A stretch of DNA of 30,596 nucleotides, from NCBI GenBank assembly GCA_965649215.1, contig CBFGJZ010000015.1:7781-38376 (forward strand), in the 5' to 3' direction. The number at the start of each line of letters is the position of its first letter. Position 1 is the first letter of the stretch. A program made the position numbers and the translations under genes. Shown here in pieces: positions 1-9,315 of this stretch. This stretch comes from a candidate division WOR-3 bacterium (lineage in GTDB: Bacteria > Hydrothermota > Tepidihabitantia > Tepidihabitantales > CAIPLT01). The notes under the pieces are model-generated. The model saw only the letters and a program-made list of their open reading frames with translations, was not told the origin of the DNA and ran no database searches.

Positions 1-273
1 ACCAATTGCCGGCGCAGTATTTCGACCGATCGGCTCTTCAATTATATTCTTTGACAAGACGGGAATTTGTTTTCTTAAAAGTTTAATCAATGAAGTTGGA
101 ATTACATAATACTGGTTAGTAACATCAACAATTTTACGGACTCTTTGATAAGTTTGTTGAAGCAATGAATCTTTACCAAATAAAGTGATAAATTGTTTTG
201 GAAAATTACTTCGGCTTTTAGGCCAAAAACGCTCACCTTTACCACCAGCGAGAATTACTGCTACTAATCTCAT
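1..273 (-). CDS. manC: Mannose-1-phosphate guanylyltransferase, N-terminal part (runs off the window's left edge)
   Basis: Not in the ORF track. Manual translation from ATG at 273 gives MRLVAVILAGGKGERFWPKSRSNFPKQF...EEPIGRNTAPAIG, with the nucleotidyltransferase LAGGxGxRxWPxS and EPxGRNTAPA motifs. AAAGGAG Shine-Dalgarno (SD) lies upstream. Confidence 0.92.
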   Translation of the reverse strand, partial: MRLVAVILAGGKGERFWPKSRSNFPKQFITLFGKDSLLQQTYQRVRKIVDVTNQYYVIPTSLIKLLRKQIPVLSKNIIEEPIGRNTAPAIG

Positions 274-305
274 TTTTATCTCCTTTATAAAATAAATTAT
301 ACTTA

Positions 306-333
306 ATCATATCCGCATTTCTGATAATGTCAA
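306..333 (-). promoter_or_regulatory. Putative sigma70 promoter for manC
   Basis: Minus-strand TTGACA (333-328), 16-nt spacer, TATGAT (311-306). Confidence 0.5.
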
Positions 334-341
334 CAAACTGA

Positions 342-369
342 TTGACTTTTATAGATAATTTAGTATCTT
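342..369 (+). promoter_or_regulatory. Putative sigma70 promoter for the tRNA pair
   Basis: TTGACT (342-347), 16-nt spacer, TATCTT (364-369). A TATAAT also lies at 369-374. Confidence 0.45.
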
Positions 370-404
370 ATAATATTAGTTCTTTGAAAACTTGTAAAAT
401 ATAT

Positions 405-491
405 GGAGGGCTAGTCCTAACTTGGTAAGGCACCGGACTTGAAATCCGGCTCCCAGTAATGGGAATGTGGGTTCGAATCCCTCGCCCTCCG
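405..491 (+). tRNA. tRNA-Ser (anticodon TGA), long variable arm, CCA not encoded
   Basis: Acceptor stem GGAGGGC/GCCCTCC with G discriminator; anticodon arm CCGGA-CTTGAAA-TCCGG; variable hairpin TCCC/GGGA; T-loop GGTTCGAATCC. Confidence 0.95.
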
Positions 492-501
492 TTTAATTAT
501 C

Positions 502-592
502 GGAGAGGTGGCCGAGATCGGTCTAAGGCGCCCGCTTGCTAAGCGGTCGTGCGGGTAAAACCGCACCGTGGGTTCGAATCCCACCCTCTCCG
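502..592 (+). tRNA. tRNA-Ser (anticodon GCT), long variable arm, CCA not encoded
   Basis: Acceptor stem GGAGAGG/CCTCTCC with G discriminator; anticodon arm CCGC-TTGCTAA-GCGG; variable arm GTGCGG/CCGCAC; T-arm GTGGGTTCGAATCCCAC. Confidence 0.96.
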
Positions 593-629
593 TTTATTTT
601 TATAGTCTAAAAGAAACATTTATAACTTC

Positions 630-657
630 TTGATTTTATAAAATAACTTCGTATAAT
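630..657 (+). promoter_or_regulatory. Putative leaderless-type promoter for gltX
   Basis: TTGATT (630-635), 16-nt spacer, TATAAT (652-657). ATG follows 8 nt later with no SD. Confidence 0.6.
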
Positions 658-665
658 CATTATTA

Positions 666-2096
666 ATGTTAAATCAAGAAGTTCGAGTTCGCATAGCGCC
701 GAGTCCAACCGGTGCAATTCATGTTGGTCTGGTACGGTCGGCTTTATATAACTGGTTATTTGCCCGCCATCACAAGGGTAAATTTATTTTAAGAATTGAA
801 GATACTGATGTAACTCGGTCTACGCAAGAATCAGTCCAAGCCATTATCGAAGGCTTTCAATGGGTTGGTATTGATTGGGATGAAGGTCCTTATTTTCAAT
901 CCCAGCGATTTCATATTTATCGTGCTTATGCCGAAAAGTTATTGAAAGAAAATAAAGCATATTATTGTTATTGTAATCCTGATGATTTAGAAGCCGAACG
1001 GCAAGCCGCCTGGCAAAAGAAAGTTGCTTGGAAATATGATCGTCGCTGTTTAGCTCTGAGTAAGGAAACTATTGCCCAATATGAAGCTGAAAAACGACCT
1101 AAAGCAATTCGCTTCTTAATTCCAGATCAAACGGTTATCTTTGAAGATTTAATTCATGGCCAAATTATTAAAGAACCTCAAGATATTGAAGATTTTATTA
1201 TTATGCGCGCGGATGGTACACCGACTTACAATTTTTCAGTTGTAATTGATGACGCAGAAATGAAAATGACTCATATTATTCGGGCAGTTGAACATTTGGC
1301 AAACACCCCCAAACAAATTTTACTCTATCAAGCTTTAGATTTTCCAATTCCTAAATTTGCCCATCTGCCTTTAATTCTGGGCACCGATAAGAAAAAATTA
1401 TCTAAACGTCATGGTGCTTTATCTTTAATGGAATATAAGAAAGCGGGTTATTTAGCTGATGCCATTATTAACTTTCTTGCCTTGCTTGGATGGTCACCCG
1501 GTGGTGATTTAGAAATTATGGACCGCTCAAAACTTATTGAACTCTTTTCCTTAGAACGTGTTAATAAAGCCAATGCCATCTTTGATATAAAGAAACTGGA
1601 ATGGATGAACAGTATCTATATCAAAAATATGGAGAACGAAAAACTGAGTCAAGAACTTAAACCTTTCCTTGAAGAAATTAATGTTAATCCACCCCTAGAT
1701 GCTCGTTTTATGAAAATCTTGGATTTAACCAAAGTCCGAGTCCGTACTTTAATTGAACTGCGCGATATGGTTGCAAGTTTCTATGTAGAAAAATTGACCT
1801 ATGACCAGGATGCTTTAAACAAATATATTAATTCCCAAACCATTGAATATCTTAAATTATTTGCCGAACGATTAGAAAAAATAACCGATTTTTCAGCATC
1901 AAACTTAGAAAGTGAGTTAAGACAATTAGCTGAATCATTGAATCTTAAAGCTGCTGTTTTAGTGCATCCGACCCGAGTTGCTTTAACAGGTAAATCGGTC
2001 GGTCCGCCTTTATTTGATACGATTGAACTATTGGGTAAAAAGACAGTTTTAGATAGATTGCACTCAATAATTAATAAACAATCTGAAAATCAGTAA
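666..2096 (+). CDS. gltX: Glutamate--tRNA ligase
   Basis: RIAPSPTG-x2-HVG (HIGH-like), LRIEDTD, YYCYC, KLSKRHG (KMSKS-like), and a C-terminal anticodon-binding domain (RVALTG...GP). Confidence 0.97.
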   Translation: MLNQEVRVRIAPSPTGAIHVGLVRSALYNWLFARHHKGKFILRIEDTDVTRSTQESVQAIIEGFQWVGIDWDEGPYFQSQRFHIYRAYAEKLLKENKAYYCYCNPDDLEAERQAAWQKKVAWKYDRRCLALSKETIAQYEAEKRPKAIRFLIPDQTVIFEDLIHGQIIKEPQDIEDFIIMRADGTPTYNFSVVIDDAEMKMTHIIRAVEHLANTPKQILLYQALDFPIPKFAHLPLILGTDKKKLSKRHGALSLMEYKKAGYLADAIINFLALLGWSPGGDLEIMDRSKLIELFSLERVNKANAIFDIKKLEWMNSIYIKNMENEKLSQELKPFLEEINVNPPLDARFMKILDLTKVRVRTLIELRDMVASFYVEKLTYDQDALNKYINSQTIEYLKLFAERLEKITDFSASNLESELRQLAESLNLKAAVLVHPTRVALTGKSVGPPLFDTIELLGKKTVLDRLHSIINKQSENQ

Positions 2097-2361
2097 ATTC
2101 GTCTGACGCCTTTTCCCATTTTAACTTTAGGTCATCAACCCGCGCATATTTTGGTCCAACTCTGACAATTTCAATTAGTTGTTTGAGTTTATCGGTGGTT
2201 CCTTCAGCTACAATTTCAACTTGACCAGTTGGTAAATTACGTACCCAGCCAGTGATACCTAAACTTCTTGCATTCTGACGAGTAAAATCCCGGAAAAACA
2301 CGCCTTGCACTCGACCTGAAACAATAATTTGAAGTCTCTCTCTATCTTCCATTGCTGTCAT
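2071..2361 (-). CDS. acyP: Acylphosphatase
   Basis: GRVQGVFFR and GWVRN motifs. Start is uncertain (ATG 2361 or 2352); TATAAT lies 5 nt before 2361. The 3' end overlaps convergent gltX by 26 nt. Confidence 0.93.
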   Translation of the reverse strand: MTAMEDRERLQIIVSGRVQGVFFRDFTRQNARSLGITGWVRNLPTGQVEIVAEGTTDKLKQLIEIVRVGPKYARVDDLKLKWEKASDEFTDFQIVY

Positions 2362-2420
2362 CAACCATTATAAGTTACTATATTCATTTCGTTTATCTTA
2401 ATTTATAATTTATCATTCTT

Positions 2421-2626
2421 CTACCGTCGGTAAGATCGCCAGGGTTGCCTTTCGGCAACGGCGCAATGACACTTTACCCTGCGTCTTTGCGAGGAGCGAT
2501 AGCGACGAAGCAATCTTACATCCGGTAAAATAATTCTATGTCCTTTTCTGTCACTATTTCTCTGTGTTTTCTTTTCTCTTACGGTCGTTAAGATTGCCCA
2601 CGCTCATTATATTCGCTCGCAATGAC
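2421..2626. repeat. Cluster of three alternating palindromic REP/RPE-like units (2421-2470 inverse, 2483-2533 forward, 2579-2626 inverse)
   Basis: Forward unit GTCTTTGCGAGGAGCGATAGCGACGAAGCAATCTTACATCCGGTAA; inverse units TAAGAT(T/C)GCC...CGCAATGAC. Homologous units occur at 4950, 9575 and 9645. Confidence 0.85.
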
Positions 2627-2646
2627 GAACTACTAATTCTACTTAG

Positions 2647-4779
2647 CTAATCAACGAGTACTCTTTTATAAGTATATTGCTTATTAACATCGCTCAGCAA
2701 AAGAAAATAACAGCCCTTATTTAGTCTTTCGGTAAGTTTAAATATACCATTATTACTATAACTTTGATATATTCTCTTACCTGAGATATCATAAATCCTT
2801 AAATACAAAATATCGCTGTTATTATTTAGTATCTTAATTTGATTTGACGACATTAACAGGATTGGTTTATCAGTAGGATTTGATATTTCTTCTGTGACTG
2901 CACTACTTACCACATTACAACTACTTACTAAATAATCATTAACAGGATTTACATCATTAGCCAATTTGGTTGAACATTTCACGACATAACTACCGATATT
3001 AGTTGCATTCCAAACTGAATCAAAAATGAACTCATACTCTAAACCTGCATTAAGACCTACTCTTTGACTTGCTTGCCAATTACCAATTCTAAAATCAACA
3101 TCAAAATTCTCCCGCAGATTACCAAAGTTCTTAATCACAGCTCGGGGTTGAATTAACGAACCCTGGGTGATATTTCCGACTGGTGCAACAATTGAGATAA
3201 CTCCAACATCTTTAACTCTTACAAAAGTACGGCCGGTAATAGAATCATTTGACCTTCGTTGGTCATTGGGGATATATACTTTACATTTATAGTTTTGATA
3301 AGAACGACTTAATAAGGTGCACGGTGTAAAATTAATAAGCATTGAATCATTGGCATTGAGATTGACATTAACAGTTTGCAGATAAAAATCACCAACACTT
3401 AAGGTAACAGGAAAAGATTCAAAACCCGTGCCATAGTTCTTAACGATTGCCTGCGGATTAATTACCGCACCCGAGTCAACCATTGTTACAAAACCACTCA
3501 ATGAAACTACTCCAACATCATTATTAATATCGAGATAAGCGCTATAAGAAAATGGTAAAGCTCCCGTATTATATTCCCATTGACAAGCAGTTGGGATTAA
3601 AGCGAAATGGTCATGCTCACCCCAGGCAAGAGTATCACCACCATTACCATTAGTATTTAAAGGTATCTCATATACAGTGGAGAGTCCATTAGGACGATAT
3701 CCGATAATATGGCACTTCCAACGATACACACTCTGAGCATTGAAATAGACCCTTAAATCACCACCGCCATTAGTAAATTGAATATAACTTGTCCCACCTG
3801 GATTTGAAACCGCTGAATTTCCTTGGTCGCCCGTTGCTGGATAACTATTATGATTTCTTAAAATACGGACTTGTGGCCAAAGATGTCCTTCTTTATAATA
3901 ATGCAAAGTATCTGCCCGATTGCCTGTAAAATAACGCCAAACCGCATATTCTTTTAAAGCATTAACTAAATTAGAGCCATATTGATTTGTTAAAATATAT
4001 TCCATACCTGAAATTGTATTCTGACCGGCAATAGTACCTTGATAATGCCACATTTGACGAACACAGTCGTTACCAAAGCGTTCGGTTAAGTACATAGGCC
4101 AAACACAACCAGCATACTGATACACATTATTAAAAGTATTAATTGGATACTCGGGTGTTGTAAATGGCCCTGGCGAAGTTGACAGAAATCCTAAATAATC
4201 ATTATACTCATCATAAACAATCTCTTCGCTCCAAGTTGCACAATTCTCCATCCACCATGAACCTTCGTTACTGCTATAACGAAATTGAATTGCATGATGA
4301 AACTCATGGCAAGTTGTTGATTTTAAATAATTATAATCCATGTCAACACCAACTCGAAAATGCGAACAAACACCATCGGGATAGGGATTGGGATAACTAT
4401 TTTCAGCATAAGTCACGCCGGCAATACCTGATGGTAATGCTTTAATATAAACATCATAGCGATTATCACCACCTTGATTATAGTCTGGTGGGGGTGGTGC
4501 CCATCCGAGTGTATCAACTAACTTTGCCCAACTATAACGCATTGCACTTGCAACCGTTTCAGCATAAGCAACAGAAACCGCATCAGTCCCTTGGGTTGTA
4601 AAATGAACTCGAAAATTAGTATCTTCAATATATTGGACTGGACCAGATAAAGTTGGTCGGGCTCTTCTCACGCCTAATCGCCATTCTTCTAAAGCAGGGA
4701 TTGTTCCACACCAATCAGTCGCCGGTCGGCTATAAATAAAACTTATAACAATAAATAATAAAATAACAATTTTTTTCAT
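2647..4779 (-). CDS. Secreted zinc metalloprotease (MXAN_6640-like) with two Ig-like repeats and a T9SS-type CTD
   Basis: Signal peptide MKKIVILLFIVISFIYS; HEFHHAIQ zinc motif followed by WWMENCATW; two DVGV...VKN(Y/F)G Ig-like repeats; C-terminal IYDISGK...KGCYFL...KRVLVD. Confidence 0.8.
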   Translation of the reverse strand: MKKIVILLFIVISFIYSRPATDWCGTIPALEEWRLGVRRARPTLSGPVQYIEDTNFRVHFTTQGTDAVSVAYAETVASAMRYSWAKLVDTLGWAPPPPDYNQGGDNRYDVYIKALPSGIAGVTYAENSYPNPYPDGVCSHFRVGVDMDYNYLKSTTCHEFHHAIQFRYSSNEGSWWMENCATWSEEIVYDEYNDYLGFLSTSPGPFTTPEYPINTFNNVYQYAGCVWPMYLTERFGNDCVRQMWHYQGTIAGQNTISGMEYILTNQYGSNLVNALKEYAVWRYFTGNRADTLHYYKEGHLWPQVRILRNHNSYPATGDQGNSAVSNPGGTSYIQFTNGGGDLRVYFNAQSVYRWKCHIIGYRPNGLSTVYEIPLNTNGNGGDTLAWGEHDHFALIPTACQWEYNTGALPFSYSAYLDINNDVGVVSLSGFVTMVDSGAVINPQAIVKNYGTGFESFPVTLSVGDFYLQTVNVNLNANDSMLINFTPCTLLSRSYQNYKCKVYIPNDQRRSNDSITGRTFVRVKDVGVISIVAPVGNITQGSLIQPRAVIKNFGNLRENFDVDFRIGNWQASQRVGLNAGLEYEFIFDSVWNATNIGSYVVKCSTKLANDVNPVNDYLVSSCNVVSSAVTEEISNPTDKPILLMSSNQIKILNNNSDILYLRIYDISGKRIYQSYSNNGIFKLTERLNKGCYFLLLSDVNKQYTYKRVLVD

Positions 4780-4786
4780 ACCTATT

Positions 4787-4814
4787 ATTTTACAAGAAAT
4801 AGTACTAAATGCAA
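4787..4814 (-). promoter_or_regulatory. Putative leaderless-type promoter for the metalloprotease gene
   Basis: Minus-strand TTGCAT, 16-nt spacer, TAAAAT, then 7 nt to ATG 4779. Confidence 0.55.
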
Positions 4815-4872
4815 TAAAAATTTATGATTTACTTTTTTAGCATTACGAATGAGTTAAGTGATCAATATTATA

Positions 4873-5008
4873 AGATGCTGAAATAAGTTGACTTGGTTGC
4901 ACTCTGTCATCGCTTCGCGACCAGCATGACACAGGAAACATAGAATAATGTCATTGCGAGGCGATTGCGAAGCAATCCCGAAGCAATCTTACCACCGGTA
5001 AAAATAAC
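4873..5008 (+). repeat. Composite intergenic repeat, copy 1
   Basis: 4873-4949 matches 9498-9574 at 75 of 77 nt, followed by a GTCATTGCGAGG...CGAAGCAATCTTAC-CA-CCGGTAA unit. Confidence 0.9.
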
Positions 5009-5068
5009 ATTTTCTAAAAATAATTCATTACATCATTAAAAAATTCCTGCGCTATCCCTAATCATCTA

Positions 5069-5272
5069 AGTAACCTATCTGACCATTGTCAAGGTTATTT
5101 ATTAAGCGATCCGATAACTCACTTATTGAGTAATGTAATAGCTAATATAAGAGATAACCTATTTGACAATCATATAAATGAAGATTTAGGTTGCTTAACA
5201 GGTGAGCCAGGGGGCTACCTAATAGGTAACCTCCAAGATAAGCCATAAGATAACCTACCCGATTACCAACCA
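5069..5272 (+). repeat. Degenerate 12-nt periodic tandem array (about 17 units, best units G(A/G)TAACCTANNN)
   Basis: In-phase units include AGTAACCTATCT (5069), GATAACCTATTT (5153), GGCTACCTAATA (5213), GGTAACCTCCAA (5225), GATAAGCCATAA (5237), GATAACCTACCC (5249) and GATTACCAACCA (5261). Confidence 0.6.
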
Positions 5273-5381
5273 ACTTAGTCAGCGCCCTGAGATTTTCGTA
5301 AGCTCGCTACTATTTTCTTTGTAATGATAAAAGATACATAGTTCTTCAAGCAAGTAAAGTTATTAAGCAAATTCAGTAGCA

Positions 5382-5411
5382 AATAAAAAAGGGGGCGAAT
5401 TAATCGCCCCC
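5382..5411 (-). terminator. Rho-independent terminator of the 1193-aa gene
   Basis: Minus-strand GGGGGCGA-TTAAT-TCGCCCCC hairpin followed by TTTTTTATT, 18 nt after the stop codon. Confidence 0.9.
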
Positions 5412-5429
5412 GGTTAGTTTTTATATTAT

Positions 5430-8400
5430 TTACTGCACGATAATTTTCGCTTCTGCACTGTTTGTACCATCATTATACTTTAAGAAGTAGACGCCACTCG
5501 AAACTTTTGGTAACAATGTCGTATAATTACCTGCTTCAAGATACCCGTCATTTAGGGTTTGGATTAATCGACCTGAAGCATTGTAAAGTTTTATTGTAAC
5601 TTTACCCGACATCGGTACTGTATAATTAACTGTTCGTGAGAACGGATTTGCAATAAAGTTAAAGGTTAACTCGTTGGTTGTATTATTAGTAGTGGAAACA
5701 ATCGTAACTGGTTCTTTCTTGGTAAATTCAATTGGCGCAACTCCATAGTACCAGAACTCATCAAGTTTATTACCTTTAAGCAGATATACTTTGAAGTCCC
5801 AATACGCAAGTGCAGCACCGGTCTTTGGCACTGATTTTTTACCCATGGAGGTCCGTGGAATTGTGCACAAACCAGCCCAACTATTCGTAACCGGATCATA
5901 CGCCCAGAAGTCTTGTTTACCAGCGCCCTTAATCGCATATAGATATGTGCCATCATTAGTTAAAGCACCGCCATCACCTACTTTTGTCTTTTTAGGTTTA
6001 GCGATCATCGTTGTATCATATGCTTGTGGAATTGTTTCTAAGAATGCCCAACCACCACTTTCAGTATATGCTAAGAATAGATTCCATTTATCTTTTCCTT
6101 TTAATGCATAAATAACACCATTCATTGCACTCAATGCAGAACCATCACCCCACTTCTTATTATGTGGTTCATGTGGTGCTGCGGTTAATGTTGACCAAGT
6201 ACTCGTTGCAACATCATAAGCAAAGAAGTTCGGGGCATTTTGACTCTGTCCTGCGGCTAAGAGATAGACTTTACCATTATCATAAGTAATCGAAGAACCA
6301 CCTTTTAGTTTTGCAGGTGGTACAAATGAATCAGGCATCCAGGTGTCTGATGAAATATCATATTTCCAGAATTCACGAGTGCCATTACCTTTAATCGCAT
6401 AGATTGTGTTCGCACCATCCCAACATAACGAAGCACCTTTACCAGGATACTTTTTATTTTCAGAAGTAGTACCAGGTTTTACTGTAAATGGTATGCTGGC
6501 TTTATCAGTCCAAGTCGTACCATCAAAGAATTTGAATTCACCTGATTTAAAACCTTTGAACGCATAGATACCATTGTTAGTAGCAACCATCGCACCGCCG
6601 TCTTTCACATATTTAGGTGGGTCATTAGTTGGTATTGACACAGATTGATTCCAAGTTGCAGGACCAGGTGGCGGTGTACGCGTAACGACAAAATCATCAA
6701 TCAACCACCAATAAGCATCAAATGCATAATAACGGAATGCAATCTTAACATTATCACAACCACTAACCAATTCCGTAATATCATAGGTCTTATAGCCAGA
6801 ATCCACAACGACCAAATCCGAGCCACCAGCAAACATATCAACCAGAGTCCATTCGGTGCCACCATCAGTACTCAATAATACATAACCAGTGTCAGGTTCT
6901 GTAGAATATCCACGATACCAATGCCAGAAACTCAAAGTATAAGTTCCAGCACCACTGCAATTTAATCGTGGCGAAATTAACCATTCGTCTTGTAATTCGG
7001 GTGGATTATTTTCAATATCATAACGAGCAGCAGCAACACTACGGGACGGATTTGCTAAACTACCATGGAACCAATCATTAAAGTTCCATGCTGGAGTAGG
7101 TTCATTACCATAATCTTGAATTATCCAACCGCAGAATGGTGGATTATCACCAAAGGTACCCCACTGTTCGTTAAAGTCTTTTGTATATGTTGGTGTATGT
7201 CCTGCAGGAGAACAAACTGCAACTTGAATTGTTGCTGTGTCATTATTTAGATATTCATCAGTCGCTAATTTAGTATAAGCTCTGAAATTAAATAATGAGT
7301 TGACCGTATTACAATTCCATTGAGTTGTAAATTCGTATTCAACCTCTTCGCCTAATGCTAAACTCCCTGTCCAGGTTTCATTCACTTCACTACCGTGTCC
7401 AGGATAAAAAGCAACGGGAATTGAAGTTTGAGTATTTAAGCCATAGTTCTTTATCTTAACTTTAACAGTTCTTGTTTCACCAACCCAGATCGGTCGTGGT
7501 CCGGGAATTGTTATTTCTGTAATGCCGACATCATTCATATTTGCTTCCCATGATACGAAGGAACCAATAAACAATTCACCATAGGTCCATGCAGTCCATC
7601 CTTCTGCAGTTGGTGTACCATAAAAACTATGTCCATCTGGGTCGTTATCGGCACAAGAAGAAGGCATACTATCAACTCGCGGTGCCAACGCAACATAATA
7701 ACCACCACTACCAACAGTTACTGGTGGAACAACTGGATGCGTAACAATAATTTCACCCCATTGACTGGTTGGAATTACTCTAATTGTGTCAGATTCATAA
7801 AGTAATGTCGAACCATCACCAGCATAAATTTTGAATTTAAAAGTTGAATCAGTCCAAGGACGATTACCCCAAACAAACGCTGCTTTGACAGTATCAATTG
7901 TTACAGGATAGGCAACACCAAAATCAGGTGGGGTAAAATATGTTGCTCGTTCTGGACCACCCCAAGTATAATAAGCAAAATTATCCCAATCTGCATAAGT
8001 TAGCCAATTAGTAACTTCAATCGTCTTGGTAATAGTATCATTCCCAGGAATTTGATCGCCTGCTAATTCGGTCCAGACTTTTAGAGTATAAGTGCCTAAG
8101 CCATATGGTGCTTGCCAATTAGGACTAAAGACGATCGTAGTCGTATCACCTTGATTGAGTGTAACTGAAGTAACTTCGTTTAAGTCTTCATATACATATC
8201 CACCTGGACCAGTGATACGCATTTTTACAGGTAGTCCTGCAGATACTGCATTTAAACCCATATTTTGCACTATTGCGGTGATTGGATAAGTTCGGTATGG
8301 AGCAGTTGTTTTCGGAGCATCTACAAAAGCAGTTTTCATATCCCAATTAACGGGAGTAAAAGAAATATAGGCACCAAAGAAAAATTCACCATTAGTCCAA

Positions 8401-9011
8401 GGTGTCCAACTACCTGGCGAACCACTAAAACTTCTTCCGTCAGAAACACCATCTGCTAAAGTTGAAGGATGACCACTCGCATCACGCGGTCGTACTGCTA
8501 AATAAAAATTACCTGAAGTAATTACTACTGGCGGATTAACGTTTGTTGAACATGACGATGCAGTTGGATATGGTACTGCCTGTAAAGTATCAGAAACCCA
8601 TAAAAGAGTTATCCCATCATCTCCATAAATTTTAAACACATATTGGTTATCTGGCCAAGGATAATTTGGATGTTCATAAAAAGTCGCTCTAACTTTGCTA
8701 ATTGTACAAGGATAACTGATACCAAACTCAATCGGAATAAATTGAGTTGCCCGTTCCGGTCCTGCCCAAGTAAACCAGTACGGTGCATTATCACCATAAG
8801 TATACCAGTTAGAATAAAAATCTTCAACGCCTTCCATCTTTGGTAGTTCAATTCGTAATGAATTCCCATTTCCGTTTTCAGTATTATCGTAAGGTTGCGT
8901 AATCATAGGGCCTTGATTTTTCGTAATCTTACTAAAATCAGAACCTAACCAGACACCTTCTGCAAATACCATTGCGACTAATACTAACAAGGTCGGTATT
9001 ACTTTTTTCAT
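5430..9011 (-). CDS. Large secreted/surface protein: duplicated N-terminal module with Ig-like domains, cleaved-adhesin-like domain, Kelch-like propeller and T9SS-type CTD
   Basis: Signal peptide; GGAGG SD; repeated TW(A/G)GPERAT(Q/Y)FxP; DEWLISP...WWLIDD adhesin-like segment; about six GG(A/S)L...IYA(I/L)KG...FW repeats; C-terminal NPF...LYNASGR...SGVYFL...KIIVQ. Confidence 0.8.
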   Translation of the reverse strand: MKKVIPTLLVLVAMVFAEGVWLGSDFSKITKNQGPMITQPYDNTENGNGNSLRIELPKMEGVEDFYSNWYTYGDNAPYWFTWAGPERATQFIPIEFGISYPCTISKVRATFYEHPNYPWPDNQYVFKIYGDDGITLLWVSDTLQAVPYPTASSCSTNVNPPVVITSGNFYLAVRPRDASGHPSTLADGVSDGRSFSGSPGSWTPWTNGEFFFGAYISFTPVNWDMKTAFVDAPKTTAPYRTYPITAIVQNMGLNAVSAGLPVKMRITGPGGYVYEDLNEVTSVTLNQGDTTTIVFSPNWQAPYGLGTYTLKVWTELAGDQIPGNDTITKTIEVTNWLTYADWDNFAYYTWGGPERATYFTPPDFGVAYPVTIDTVKAAFVWGNRPWTDSTFKFKIYAGDGSTLLYESDTIRVIPTSQWGEIIVTHPVVPPVTVGSGGYYVALAPRVDSMPSSCADNDPDGHSFYGTPTAEGWTAWTYGELFIGSFVSWEANMNDVGITEITIPGPRPIWVGETRTVKVKIKNYGLNTQTSIPVAFYPGHGSEVNETWTGSLALGEEVEYEFTTQWNCNTVNSLFNFRAYTKLATDEYLNNDTATIQVAVCSPAGHTPTYTKDFNEQWGTFGDNPPFCGWIIQDYGNEPTPAWNFNDWFHGSLANPSRSVAAARYDIENNPPELQDEWLISPRLNCSGAGTYTLSFWHWYRGYSTEPDTGYVLLSTDGGTEWTLVDMFAGGSDLVVVDSGYKTYDITELVSGCDNVKIAFRYYAFDAYWWLIDDFVVTRTPPPGPATWNQSVSIPTNDPPKYVKDGGAMVATNNGIYAFKGFKSGEFKFFDGTTWTDKASIPFTVKPGTTSENKKYPGKGASLCWDGANTIYAIKGNGTREFWKYDISSDTWMPDSFVPPAKLKGGSSITYDNGKVYLLAAGQSQNAPNFFAYDVATSTWSTLTAAPHEPHNKKWGDGSALSAMNGVIYALKGKDKWNLFLAYTESGGWAFLETIPQAYDTTMIAKPKKTKVGDGGALTNDGTYLYAIKGAGKQDFWAYDPVTNSWAGLCTIPRTSMGKKSVPKTGAALAYWDFKVYLLKGNKLDEFWYYGVAPIEFTKKEPVTIVSTTNNTTNELTFNFIANPFSRTVNYTVPMSGKVTIKLYNASGRLIQTLNDGYLEAGNYTTLLPKVSSGVYFLKYNDGTNSAEAKIIVQ

Positions 9012-9315
9012 ATATTTACCTCCATTTTTATTATTCTTGGCAAGTCTTATGTGTCAGAGACACAAATCTAAACCGTTTGACCAATGAAGAACAAACCCGC
9101 TTGCCAATATTAGTTGTTAGTTGTTTGCTATTATTTATTATTCTACAATCTAACAACCTACAATTATAAACTAATAAAGTTTGTTCTTTCATTGACGGAT
9201 TGATATGATAGTTATATTATCTAATAAATTAACGCAATTATTTTTTCTTGCGTTAATTAATACTCTTAAAAACTGATACCGTCTATTCTCCATTTTCTTC
9301 CACCAAATTACTCAT

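Noticed and set aside
405-491. tRNA with TGA anticodon as a Sec or opal-suppressor tRNA
   Set aside because: Anticodon UGA reads the Ser codon UCA; tRNA-Sec has anticodon UCA. The 7-bp acceptor stem is ordinary.
2421-5272. Repeats as a CRISPR array
   Set aside because: There are no identical direct repeats with uniform unique spacers, orientations alternate, and no cas genes are present.
9031-9293. Two chained minus-strand uORFs (9293-9189, 34 aa; 9192-9031, 53 aa; ATGA overlap) in the leader
   Set aside because: SD is weak or absent and there are no protein-like features; the region is better explained by RNA pairing. They cannot be excluded without Ribo-seq.
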